Of a DNA stretch of 33,009 bases, positions 24,788-33,009 are shown one piece after another (positions within the stretch are counted from its first letter, which is position 1; the number at the start of each line of letters is the position of its first letter). This DNA is from a virus (taxonomy: Duplodnaviria > Caudoviricetes). The translations under genes were made by a program, and so were the position numbers. Location of the stretch: IMG/VR virus record IMGVR_UViG_3300045526_000314, positions 1 through 33,009 of that record; one strand, 5' to 3'. Under the pieces are notes generated by a model. It had not been told where the DNA came from and made no database searches. It was given only the letters and a program-made list of their open reading frames with translations.

Positions 24788-27408
24788 CTGGGCAGCGGCA
24801 GCGATACGGCCCGGCTGTTCGTGCCCAATCCGCGAAACCGCGTCACGCCGGCCGCTGTGGCCCCTGGAAGGCGCTTGAGCACCGTTGCCCAGCTGTGGAC
24901 CCAGGCTGTGTCGTCAAGGATCTTCCTGACGCCCAGAGCTGTGCTGCTCACGATCAGGCGGTCGCCGTCAGCCTTGAGGCCCAACCGCCCCAGCTGCGCC
25001 TCAGCCGCCCCGGGGCTGATCTCCATGACCGCGGTGCGGCCGACCGCCAGCTCGATGAGCTCCCAGATGGTGCGCGTGTACCCCCCGCGATCGCCCTCGA
25101 CCCGCAGCTGGTGCTGCAGGATCGTCTGCAGGCAGCGTTCCTCATCCGGCTGCTCCGAGGCCTCGCGGTATTCGGTCCAGTCGTTCCCATCGATGAGCCG
25201 GAACGCATCGGCTTCTGTTGGTGGCCGCGACTCCATCAGCGACCACGCGCCGGCCAGCAGCGTCCCGTACTGATCGCCGTGGCGCTGGCTGTCGAACCGA
25301 TCCGCGGCGGCCCTCCGGAACACGGCCACCGATTCACGGATCACAGGTATCTGTTGAACGGATCGCAGGGCCAGGCGATGGCCGGTCTCTGCCGTGATGA
25401 CGCTGGTGAGGTCCCGATCGAGTGCGTTCCAGTGCGCGATGCGCTCCGGTTTCGGCAGGAACGACGGATTGCGCATCGTGAGCTGCGAGAACCGCGAAGC
25501 GTCGGCGCCCTGTTTGAGGGCTGTGGAAATCGAGCACAGCAAAAACATGCTGCGGATGGTGAACCGCTGCGCCTGCCCGTCGGCGCCGCCCTTGCCGATG
25601 ACCCCGCGGCGGCTGGAGCTGGAGGCCACGCGCGCGAGGGCCAAGATGTCCTGGATCCGTTTCCGATCCGCGGCCTCGTTCGATTCGGCCTCGTCCATGA
25701 TCACCGGCAGGGCATCAGCGCGTAGTTCCTGCCGGATGAACGCCTCGGTCGTGTTCCCCTCGGGCCAGAGCGCCAGCGAGTCGAGCAGGGGCCCCAGGAA
25801 CCGCTCCAGGAGGGCCGATTTCCCGCTGCCGGCGCTGGCCGTCAACCAGACATGAGGGCGCCAGCCCAGTGACCCGCAGATCGGCGCCAGGGCGGCCCAG
25901 CCGGCGAGCAGGAGGCCTGATGCGGGGACCTCCCAGTGGAACCGGCAGGCGATGTCGAGTATCTCGGTGCCGCGGTGGTTGTCGAGCGGCTTAAGGTCAT
26001 CGGAAATATCGATGCTCGCCAGCCGCTGGTAGTTGAACCGCGACGGCGGCGGGTGAGCCACGGGGTGCACCTGCCCGTCGACGATGAGGCGGTCGCCGAG
26101 GTGTAGGACAGAACGGCCGGCATCCCACCAGGCGCCGCGGCCACGGATCCGATCGGGAGAGTAGATGCCCTGGGCAGCCTGCCGCTCGAATAGTGAACTG
26201 ATCGCGGCCTGCCAGTTGACACCGGTTTTCGTTGGGTAAATCGTCTCCCAGTACGAGAGTTTCGCGAGACGCAACAGGCCGGTGCTGGTGTGCCCGCTGG
26301 CGGAGAGCCTGATCACCTGCCCGGTGCTGCCCGGCTGGTAGTAATACCCGTCGCCGTCGAACCCCAGGCACGTGAACGGCGCCCCGTCGGGTAGATCGAT
26401 CGTCTGCGGCACCGGCGGCGGCGCTGGCTCGGGTTCTGGTTCCGGCGGCAGCGCGACGGGCACCGCGAGGCGCCGTAGGGCTGCTGCGGCGTGACGATCA
26501 GTCCACCCCGCGGCCGGCGCATCGGCGAGATCCCAGCCGCTGGGGGCCTCGGGTGGTGGGTTGACGATCGCGACGGTGCAGCCGAGCTGCAGGAGCCGCG
26601 GCGCGAGTTTCGCCATCGCGATGCGGCCGGCATCGTCGGCATCGGGCCAGAGCGTTACGGTGCGGCCGGCGAGCGGTGACCAGTCGACGGTGGCCACCCC
26701 GCCGGTGCCACCACACCAGGCGATGACCACGTGATCGGGCAGCAGCGGCGTCCCGGCGTCAGCGGATTTCTCCCCCTCGCAGATCACAACCGGTGCGTCG
26801 GGCCTGGCGATCAGTTCCGGAAGTCGGTACAGGGGCCGCGGCGCGGGCCACTCGCTGGTGAACGGGTCGCGCTTGGAAGGCCAGTGCCACTGACCATCGA
26901 TCCAGGTGCGATGAACGAAGATTTTCTCGGGTTTGCCGCCCTCGTGTTTCGGCGGCTGCGGGATCCGCTGGATCCAGAACCACGGTTCAGCAGGGTCAGG
27001 CCCGTAGGGGTACTGCGCCACAGCCCGCCCCAGTGCCGGCGGCGGCGTCCCTGGTGGCGGAACGTCCGGTGCGCGCGCAGGGCGTTTGGGTTTGCGGGGT
27101 TTGGCGGCTGCATCGGTGGCGATGCCCAGGTATTCAGCGACGTGCGTGGAAGCCTGCGCGAAGGTCCACCCGCGCAGGCGCATCAGGAGGTCGATGCCCG
27201 ACATCGCCCCGCCGGTGCCTGATTTCCCGCCGCACTGGTTGCAGTAACACCCGCCTGGCCCGTCGTCGTTGTCCCACCGGTAACGGTCTGTGCCGCCGCA
27301 CGCCGGGCACGGCTGGTGTTCGTCGGTGAGCTGCTGAGGTGTCAGGCCGCCAATAATCTGCAGCAGCTCGGGCCAGCGCCCGGCTGCGGCGTCGAGGATG
27401 GTTGTCAT
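24781..27408 (-). CDS. Primase-helicase (P4 alpha-like Zn ribbon + TOPRIM + P-loop NTPase)
   Basis: HQPCPACGGTDRY...CYCNQCG; VVICEGEKSADA...WPDAD; WLTASAGSGKS and VIMDEAE. Confidence 0.9.
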   Translation of the reverse strand: MTTILDAAAGRWPELLQIIGGLTPQQLTDEHQPCPACGGTDRYRWDNDDGPGGCYCNQCGGKSGTGGAMSGIDLLMRLRGWTFAQASTHVAEYLGIATDAAAKPRKPKRPARAPDVPPPGTPPPALGRAVAQYPYGPDPAEPWFWIQRIPQPPKHEGGKPEKIFVHRTWIDGQWHWPSKRDPFTSEWPAPRPLYRLPELIARPDAPVVICEGEKSADAGTPLLPDHVVIAWCGGTGGVATVDWSPLAGRTVTLWPDADDAGRIAMAKLAPRLLQLGCTVAIVNPPPEAPSGWDLADAPAAGWTDRHAAAALRRLAVPVALPPEPEPEPAPPPVPQTIDLPDGAPFTCLGFDGDGYYYQPGSTGQVIRLSASGHTSTGLLRLAKLSYWETIYPTKTGVNWQAAISSLFERQAAQGIYSPDRIRGRGAWWDAGRSVLHLGDRLIVDGQVHPVAHPPPSRFNYQRLASIDISDDLKPLDNHRGTEILDIACRFHWEVPASGLLLAGWAALAPICGSLGWRPHVWLTASAGSGKSALLERFLGPLLDSLALWPEGNTTEAFIRQELRADALPVIMDEAESNEAADRKRIQDILALARVASSSSRRGVIGKGGADGQAQRFTIRSMFLLCSISTALKQGADASRFSQLTMRNPSFLPKPERIAHWNALDRDLTSVITAETGHRLALRSVQQIPVIRESVAVFRRAAADRFDSQRHGDQYGTLLAGAWSLMESRPPTEADAFRLIDGNDWTEYREASEQPDEERCLQTILQHQLRVEGDRGGYTRTIWELIELAVGRTAVMEISPGAAEAQLGRLGLKADGDRLIVSSTALGVRKILDDTAWVHSWATVLKRLPGATAAGVTRFRGLGTNSRAVSLPLPRA

Positions 27409-27414
27409 CGCGGG

Positions 27415-27582
27415 TCAGGCCTTCCCGTGCACGCGGCGGATGTCGGCGGCGATGATGCGCCGTAGACACTCGGCCCGTGTCCAGCCGTTGGCGGCAGCCT
27501 GCCGATCGAGGTGGCGGATGTGCTCCTCCGGGAGCTCGAAGGTCCTGTTGCGGTAGCCGTCGCGCGGCGGGTGACTGGGCAC
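27415..27582 (-). CDS. Ribbon-helix-helix (CopG/Arc-like) regulator (55 aa)
   Basis: Manual translation MPSHPPRDGYRNRTFELPEEHIRHLDRQAAANGWTRAECLRRIIAADIRRVHGKA: alternating strand then LD..A...G.TRAE..R.II; below the ORF-track cutoff. Confidence 0.75.
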   Translation of the reverse strand: MPSHPPRDGYRNRTFELPEEHIRHLDRQAAANGWTRAECLRRIIAADIRRVHGKA

Positions 27583-27608
27583 GTGGTGGGGGTGGTGGGC
27601 TGGTGGTC

Positions 27609-27648
27609 AGTGTAGTGGTTGCGGTTCCGCGAGGGAACCCGCTACGAT
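27609..27648. promoter_or_regulatory. Back-to-back divergent -10 elements flanking a palindrome
   Basis: TACACT (-, 27609-27614) and TACGAT (+, 27643-27648) with GGTTCC-gcgag-GGAACC between them, at the main strand switch of the window. Confidence 0.6.
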
Positions 27649-27810
27649 TCGGGAGCCACCACAGACCCCTCCATGACGGCGCGCCGCTACTGCCCGGCCC
27701 AGGCGGTAGGCCACGGCAGCGCTGTCGATATGGTCCCGCCGCGGACTGCATCTGGACCCGACATGATAGCAGTAAGGGGTTAGGTGGTTTCACACACTGC
27801 GGAGTATCTG

Positions 27811-28131
27811 ATGAAACCCGTTTGGATTGGTGATCGGCTGCCGACAAAGGAAGATGCAGATAGCGATGGATATGTAGTGGTTCCCTGTTATCCCGAACTT
27901 CGTCTTGTGGGCAAATCAAAAGAAATGCACCTAAGAATACCTTTAAACTGGCTGCTTATAGCACCCGGCCAGCTATGGGCTCATTCCGACGAGGCATGGG
28001 AGCGCCTCCAGTCCAAGAAATCCAACCCCCTCACCACCCTCACCACCCAACAACTCCACCAACGCGCCACTGAGCTGCAGGACCAGCTCACCGAGATCCA
28101 CTCTGAAATGCTCAGGAGGCTGCAGAAATGA
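27811..28131 (+). CDS. Hypothetical protein, WIxDRLPT family copy 1
   Basis: MKPVWIGDRLPTKEDADSDGYV... Confidence 0.65.
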   Translation: MKPVWIGDRLPTKEDADSDGYVVVPCYPELRLVGKSKEMHLRIPLNWLLIAPGQLWAHSDEAWERLQSKKSNPLTTLTTQQLHQRATELQDQLTEIHSEMLRRLQK

Positions 28132-28478
28132 CCTGGATTACTGATCGGCTGCCGACTGAGGAAGACGGAGACAGAGATGGTGACGTGATCTGCTTGGAAT
28201 CAGACGATACCACCTACGTGACCTTTACTGAAAACGTCGACCTCGGCACCCCCTGGAAACCCCTCTGCCGCGACACCCCAGAGCCGGAAACAAAGCCGAC
28301 GACGCGCTACGCCACCCAGATTTCTGCAGTTTGTAACGCGGAAGACATTCTCAACGTGTTCGCCCTATGCAACGACGGCACGATCTGGCGTGGCAGCGGA
28401 ACTCCCAGTCACATCCCCGTGCCCTGGCGCCAACTCCCCCCAATCCCCCAACCCGATGATCAGCCGCCCACCCATTGA
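28128..28478 (+). CDS. Hypothetical protein, WIxDRLPT family copy 2
   Basis: MTWITDRLPTEEDGDRDGDV...VFALCNDGTIW; ATGA overlap. Confidence 0.7.
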   Translation: MTWITDRLPTEEDGDRDGDVICLESDDTTYVTFTENVDLGTPWKPLCRDTPEPETKPTTRYATQISAVCNAEDILNVFALCNDGTIWRGSGTPSHIPVPWRQLPPIPQPDDQPPTH

Positions 28479-28746
28479 ATCCGACGGCCCCGGCGGCCTT
28501 GTGCACGTGCTGCGCGCCGGCCACCCCGATGCCGACCCGATCACCATGCACTGCAGCCAGGTTCCGCCCGGCTCCGCGTGGAAGCCCATCCCGTTCCCCG
28601 ATCCGCCGCCCGCGCCACCGATCCCCCTGCCAGTCGCCCAGCTGGTGTCGCACGGCACTGAGCTGTACGCCGTCTGCAGCGACGGCTCATGGTGGCGATT
28701 CACCCCGCCAGCGGGTTTTACTCAGATGCCGAATCCTGTGAAATGA
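28456..28746 (+). CDS. Hypothetical protein, diverged copy 3 (96 aa)
   Basis: MISRPPIESDGPGGLV...PGSAWKP...LYAVCSDGSWW; stop overlaps the helicase ATG. Confidence 0.6.
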   Translation: MISRPPIESDGPGGLVHVLRAGHPDADPITMHCSQVPPGSAWKPIPFPDPPPAPPIPLPVAQLVSHGTELYAVCSDGSWWRFTPPAGFTQMPNPVK

Positions 28747-30197
28747 TCACCACTGAAGCCCTCGCCGCGGTGCGGCAGTTGCTGGAAGAATCCGGCGAAC
28801 CCCCGGAGAACTGGGGCAAGGTGCTCGATGCCGAGGCCTCCAGGCTGGCGCCGCGGTCGTCGTCGTTCACGCTGACTGAAGACCAGTCCGAAGCGGTTGA
28901 CGGGATCCTCGATGCCATCCACTCCGGGGCCCGCTCGGTGCTCTGCGGTTACGCCGGCACCGGCAAGACCGTGACCACCGCCGCACTGGTGACCCGGCTT
29001 GTGGATCGGGGCATGAGCACGATCGTCGCAACACCGACGCACAAAGCCCGCGCGCAGGTTGAGCGCGCATTGCGCGGGTGGGGTGCATCCGGTTTTTCGG
29101 TGGTGACCGTTGCGCGGTTGCTGTCGCTGCGGATGGGCCGCGACTACAACACCGGAAAGGAAACATTCAAGCCCGACCCAAAGGGCGAAAACATGTTGTC
29201 CGACCCGGACGCAATTGATGTTGTCATCATCGATGAAACGTCAATGCTCAGCCGTGATCTCTACGATTTGCTGCTGCAGGAGCTTGGTGGTCGCCCTGTT
29301 GTGTTCGTCGGCGACGATCGCCAGCTGCTGCCAGTCGGGGAAGATGAAGTGTGCCGCGCGTTTGTTGAATCTGATCATTTGTTCAGGTTGACCAAGGTTC
29401 TTCGCCATGATGGTGCAATTCTGAATCTTGCGACGGCCACCAGGGAGCTACCTGTAGGTCGCGCGCCGTTTGCCAGTGCATCCGGCGGCGAATCTCGCGT
29501 GATTGCGCATCACAGCCGCGAAGCGTGGTTGAACGAGTTGATTGAGCTGGCATCCACCAACGAGGCTATGGAAGATGCCGATTTCTGCCGCGCGTTGGCG
29601 TGGACGAATAATGCAGTGGAAGAGATGAACAAACGAATCCATCGCAGGCGATATGGAAGCTACGCGCCGCAGTTCGTGGAAGGCATGACGTGCGTAACGG
29701 TTGACGCTATTCCTAGCCCCCTTGGTGGAACACCACTGCTGAATAGCACTGTAGATATTTTGGTTGAGAAAGCAGAGCGCCAGCAGCACAAGTTTCGGGG
29801 TGACTTGCCGGCTGATGCGCTGTGGGATACATGGGAACTGACCGTATCGATTGCCGGCGAAACTGCGCAGCGCGTCGCGTTTCGCGTGATTGCCGAAGGC
29901 GAGGCGAAACGCTGGAGTGAAAGCCAGCGCGAGATTGCCACCATGGCGAAGAACGCAAGCGGCAGGGAAAGAAGCGAGCTGTGGGAGCTGTACTACGAAC
30001 GGAAGGATGCCGTCGGTGTTGTGCAACCCGCTTCGGCGTTGACGATCCACAAAAGCCAAGGCTCCACATTCCGTAACGTGTTCCTGCACTGGAGCATCGA
30101 CGGCTACGGCTCGGCGCCAACTGCGCAGCAGAACCAGCTGGCATACGTCGGCATCACCAGGGCGGCGGAGTCGCTGCATGTTGTGAGGGACCGGTGA
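28743..30197 (+). CDS. SF1B helicase (Dda/RecD-like)
   Basis: GYAGTGKT, ATPTHKA, IIDETSM, VGDDRQL, TIHKSQGSTF, YVGITRA. Confidence 0.93.
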   Translation: MITTEALAAVRQLLEESGEPPENWGKVLDAEASRLAPRSSSFTLTEDQSEAVDGILDAIHSGARSVLCGYAGTGKTVTTAALVTRLVDRGMSTIVATPTHKARAQVERALRGWGASGFSVVTVARLLSLRMGRDYNTGKETFKPDPKGENMLSDPDAIDVVIIDETSMLSRDLYDLLLQELGGRPVVFVGDDRQLLPVGEDEVCRAFVESDHLFRLTKVLRHDGAILNLATATRELPVGRAPFASASGGESRVIAHHSREAWLNELIELASTNEAMEDADFCRALAWTNNAVEEMNKRIHRRRYGSYAPQFVEGMTCVTVDAIPSPLGGTPLLNSTVDILVEKAERQQHKFRGDLPADALWDTWELTVSIAGETAQRVAFRVIAEGEAKRWSESQREIATMAKNASGRERSELWELYYERKDAVGVVQPASALTIHKSQGSTFRNVFLHWSIDGYGSAPTAQQNQLAYVGITRAAESLHVVRDR

Positions 30198-31639
30198 TGA
30201 ACGATCAGGCGTTAGTCAACAGGGCCCGTACCATCCTGAGAAATAGAAGCCGGAGTCTTGCGCCGGCACTCCAACTCCGCCCCCGCCAGCAGCAGGCAGT
30301 CGTCGACCTGCGCCACTCGTACCGCACCGGCCACCGCGCTCCGATCCTGGTGGCCCCGACGGGGTTCGGGAAGACCGCGACGGCTACCGAAATCGTGCGA
30401 ATGTCGATTGCCCGGGGGCGGCGCGTCTGGTTCCTGGCCCACCTGCGGGAGATCCTCGACGACACCGCCGACCGCCTCGGTGCTGCGGGGATCAGTTACG
30501 GGCAGATTCGCTCCGGCCGATCCGCCGACTACGGCCAGCTCGTGCAGATTGCTGCACTGCAGACCGCAGTGCGCCGCGACCGACTGCCCCCGGCTGACCT
30601 GCTGATCATCGATGAGTGCCACCTGGGGGTCGCGCGCAGCTACCGAACGGTCATCGACGCCCTGGGCCGGCCCAACCTGCTTGGCCTCACCGGCACTGCG
30701 CAGCGCCTTGACGGCCGCGGCCTCGGCGAGGTGTTTGACGATCTGGTGTGGACCTGCAGCACCGCCGAGCTCATTGACGAGGGCCTGCTTGCACCGGTGC
30801 GAGTGTTTGCCCCACCAGGTGCAGACCTGACCGGACTGCGCGCCCGCGGCGGAGACTTGGATCAGGGCCAGGCCAGCGAGATCCTGTCCCGGCCGACTGT
30901 GGTCGGTGATGCACTCAGCCACTGGAAACGGCTGTGCCATGGCCGCCGCGGCGTGGCGTTCTGCACCACGGTGGCGCATGCCGAAGCCGTGGCCGAGCAG
31001 TGGCGCCGCGCCGGGTATCGCGCGGTGGCCGTGCATGGCGGTAGCGAAGACGCCGAACGCGCTGCTGCCGTCCGCGACCTGCGCGCCGGCCACCTTGATT
31101 TGGTGGCCTGCGCGCAGCTGTGGATCGCTGGTGTTGATGTACCGGAAATCGACGTGGTGATCTGGCTACGTCCAACCCAGAGCCTGACGGCGTGGTTGCA
31201 GGGCAACGGCCGGGGACTGCGGATTGCGCCGGGCAAGGCTGATTTGTTGATCCTCGATCACGTCGGGAACTGCGCCCGGCTGGGCCACCCGCTGCAGGAA
31301 CACGAGTGGAGTCTTGACGGAAAACGGAAACGCGACACCGAGCGCGCGATCAGCGTGAAGGTCTGCCCGGTGTGTTTCTCGGTGATGCCGTCGGCGAAAC
31401 CGAAGTGCATAAACGACCAGTGCGGCCACGTGTTTGCTGTGGAGCGGCGTGAGCTGGAGCACGTACCCGGGGAGCTCCAGGAACTCATGATGCGAGAACG
31501 CCGCCGCGCTCAGGGCCGCGCTCAGAGTTTCGACGACCTGGTAGCCCTCGGCCGCCAGCGCGGGATGGCCAATCCCCACGGCTGGGCTCATAACGTGATG
31601 AAAGCCCGCGCCGCGAAGGAGGCCGCCCGCAGTGCCTGA
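30194..31639 (+). CDS. SF2 DExH helicase (RadD/YejH-like) with C-terminal Zn ribbon
   Basis: LRPRQ, APTGFGKT, IIDECH, GLTGT, GVDVP, QGNGRGLR, CPVC...C..CG. Confidence 0.93.
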   Translation: MMNDQALVNRARTILRNRSRSLAPALQLRPRQQQAVVDLRHSYRTGHRAPILVAPTGFGKTATATEIVRMSIARGRRVWFLAHLREILDDTADRLGAAGISYGQIRSGRSADYGQLVQIAALQTAVRRDRLPPADLLIIDECHLGVARSYRTVIDALGRPNLLGLTGTAQRLDGRGLGEVFDDLVWTCSTAELIDEGLLAPVRVFAPPGADLTGLRARGGDLDQGQASEILSRPTVVGDALSHWKRLCHGRRGVAFCTTVAHAEAVAEQWRRAGYRAVAVHGGSEDAERAAAVRDLRAGHLDLVACAQLWIAGVDVPEIDVVIWLRPTQSLTAWLQGNGRGLRIAPGKADLLILDHVGNCARLGHPLQEHEWSLDGKRKRDTERAISVKVCPVCFSVMPSAKPKCINDQCGHVFAVERRELEHVPGELQELMMRERRRAQGRAQSFDDLVALGRQRGMANPHGWAHNVMKARAAKEAARSA

Positions 31640-31790
31640 CCTGTACCACCTGCTCCACCGCTACACCGGCATGATCCGCTGGTCCGTGGTGGCCACCAGG
31701 GAGGAGATCGCCGCTGTGAACCCCGGGCCGAACTGGCGGTACGTGCCGGCCCGGTTCGTGCCACACCAGAAACCTGAGACGCGCCAATGA
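31632..31790 (+). CDS. Hypothetical protein (52 aa)
   Basis: GTG-start ORF bridging the helicase stop and the next ATG (ATGA overlap). Confidence 0.5.
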   Translation: MPDLYHLLHRYTGMIRWSVVATREEIAAVNPGPNWRYVPARFVPHQKPETRQ

Positions 31791-32002
31791 CCACCAGCGC
31801 CGACCGAATGCGCCTGCTCCGTGCCCGCCGCCGCGGGGAAGCGCCACCGCTGCAGCAGTGCCAGGCCTGTGGGGTGACCCTGCGCAACCTGTCCCGCGCG
31901 CCATGGTGCTCCCACTGCTGGCGCCGGACCGAGGCGGGGAGGGAGTGGCAGCGCGAGCGGATCGCCCGCCAGCGAGCAGCGCGCCGAGCAGCTGAGGTGT
32001 GA
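31787..32002 (+). CDS. Basic C4 zinc-finger protein, paralog of 13062..13304
   Basis: MTTSADRMR...CQAC...CSHCWRRTEAGREWQR. Confidence 0.72.
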   Translation: MTTSADRMRLLRARRRGEAPPLQQCQACGVTLRNLSRAPWCSHCWRRTEAGREWQRERIARQRAARRAAEV

Positions 32003-32100
32003 CGCTATGTGAACAGGCCTGGCTGGTGGTGGGCAGGGGTGACGCTGCGGGCTACACTATGGGAGCCGAGGGGGAGCCCCTCACAGCCACACCACCAGTC
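31998..32100 (+). promoter_or_regulatory. Promoter cassette copy 1
   Basis: TGTGACgctatgTGAAC ... GGTGACGCtgcGGGCTACACTATGGG, then hairpin GAGGGG-gag-CCCCTC and a C/A-rich leader. Confidence 0.65.
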
Positions 32101-32475
32101 ATGGCCGCTACTAAGATCCGCAACGCCACCTGTACCTGCCCTTTCTGCGGCGGCTCCGGCAAGCTGCCGCACTTTTCTCACGTTCAGAATGGCGACTGCT
32201 TTGCTTGTGGCGCTACCGGCAAGCTCCGGGACGTTAATGCTTTCATCGGTGACAACTCCGATTTATTGCTGATCGTCTATGTCAATAACGGAACTTTCAT
32301 TAGCGCTGAACTGCGTCGCCGGACGTGGAAAATAGGCACGTGCTCAGTTGCTCCGTTTACTTACAAGAACTGGGGCCGTGATAGCTTTCACAGAGTCATC
32401 GAGTCTGCCGAAGAAGCCCGCGAAATCTGGCGCAATGCCAGCCGACTGGGCATTATCACGGAGCTAGTGGACTGA
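32101..32475 (+). CDS. CxxCxGxG zinc-finger phage protein (124 aa)
   Basis: MAATKIRNATCTCPFCGGSGKLPHFSHVQNGDCFACGATG; ATG 32101 follows the promoter cassette. Confidence 0.7.
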   Translation: MAATKIRNATCTCPFCGGSGKLPHFSHVQNGDCFACGATGKLRDVNAFIGDNSDLLLIVYVNNGTFISAELRRRTWKIGTCSVAPFTYKNWGRDSFHRVIESAEEAREIWRNASRLGIITELVD

Positions 32476-32497
32476 CCACTAGCCACCCGGGCTCGCA

Positions 32498-32599
32498 TGT
32501 AACAAATCATGAACGCCCCGCCTTCCCCTTGCCACTGGTGACGCCATGGGCTACACTATGGGGACAGGCGGAGGGATCCGCCGCACCCCAACACCAGCC
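32498..32599 (+). promoter_or_regulatory. Promoter cassette copy 2 (TTGCCA-17-TACACT)
   Basis: TGTAACaaatcaTGAAC ... TTGCCA (32529-34) ctGGTGACGCcatGGGCTACACTATGGG, then hairpin GGCGGA-ggga-TCCGCC. Confidence 0.7.
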
Positions 32600-32803
32600 A
32601 TGACCCGCCACGCAACCGCCGCTGATTTCGCCAACTGGGAAGCCAAGGCTAAATCCATGACCGTTGCCGCTCTTCTTTGGAGCATCCGCGATGCTTCCGA
32701 GTGCGCTCGCAGTTTTGACAGCTTCGATCCCATCGCCGCCGGCCGCTACGCAGACGAGGCCAGCACCTACGGACAGGAGCTTGCCCGTCGCCGTGCCGCA
32801 TGA
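32600..32803 (+). CDS. Hypothetical protein (67 aa)
   Basis: Start MTRHATAADFANWE, behind cassette 2. Confidence 0.65.
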   Translation: MTRHATAADFANWEAKAKSMTVAALLWSIRDASECARSFDSFDPIAAGRYADEASTYGQELARRRAA

Positions 32804-32878
32804 TCTTGGCTTTGTGGATCACCAATCAACAACGGTGATCCACAAACGCATTTGCTGCTAACCAATCAAACACAAGCC

Positions 32879-33009
32879 ATGTCTGACACAAGTCCTGTTT
32901 TTGTTTATGGTGGTATCTGGCACTCTGGCTATGAGCCATACGATATGCCAGGCGCATGGGTTAGGACTCAATTTACGCTTGAGCCAACCGATGGAGGCGG
33001 CATGCTGCC
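32879..33009 (+). CDS. Hypothetical protein, truncated by the window edge
   Basis: MSDTSPVFVYGGIWHSGYEPYDMPGAWVRTQF..., open to the end. Confidence 0.45.
   Translation, partial: MSDTSPVFVYGGIWHSGYEPYDMPGAWVRTQFTLEPTDGGGML

Noticed and set aside
27602-27661. tRNA-like stretch GGTGGTC...GTAGTGG...GCCACCA
   Set aside because: About 60 nt, with no T-loop (GTTCRA) or anticodon arm; better explained by divergent promoters and a palindrome.
27673-27783. 36-aa ORF MTARRYCPAQ...
   Set aside because: It has a well-placed -10 box but no recognisable protein features; not enough support to list.
1-33009. Integrase, CI repressor, lysin, intron/intein or DGR
   Set aside because: No matching motifs seen; nrdJ, terL and the helicases appear uninterrupted and of normal length.

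Overview
A 33-kb piece of a GC-rich, long-tailed (siphovirus-type) phage or prophage genome. The host is almost certainly a picocyanobacterium (Synechococcus/Cyanobium type), judged from cyanobacterial-type nrdJ, dnaN, cyAbrB, a group-3 sigma factor and an NblA-like gene. The left 27.6 kb is mostly minus strand. In transcription order it runs: RHH regulator, primase-helicase, putative origin, TerS, TerL, DnaN, small ORFs, sigma factor, portal, minor head protein, a block of small early-type genes with NrdJ, head-tail proteins, tail assembly chaperones with a GGGAAAG -1 frameshift, major tail protein, a tail-completion-like protein, and a tape measure protein cut by the window edge. The right 5.3 kb is plus strand: three paralogous small proteins, SF1 and SF2 helicases and small genes behind duplicated promoter cassettes. 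No major capsid gene is recognisable. Main points of interest: (1) a 58-aa NblA-like gene inside the tail module that the ORF track misses; (2) three recurring promoter-like motif classes at a near-constant 21-27 nt from start codons, one of which (GG[AC]AA[AC]CT) lies mainly before virion genes and is the likely target of the phage sigma factor; (3) a repeat-rich origin candidate; (4) paralogous Zn-finger genes each followed by a promoter motif. All functional calls come from motif recognition by eye; no searches were run.
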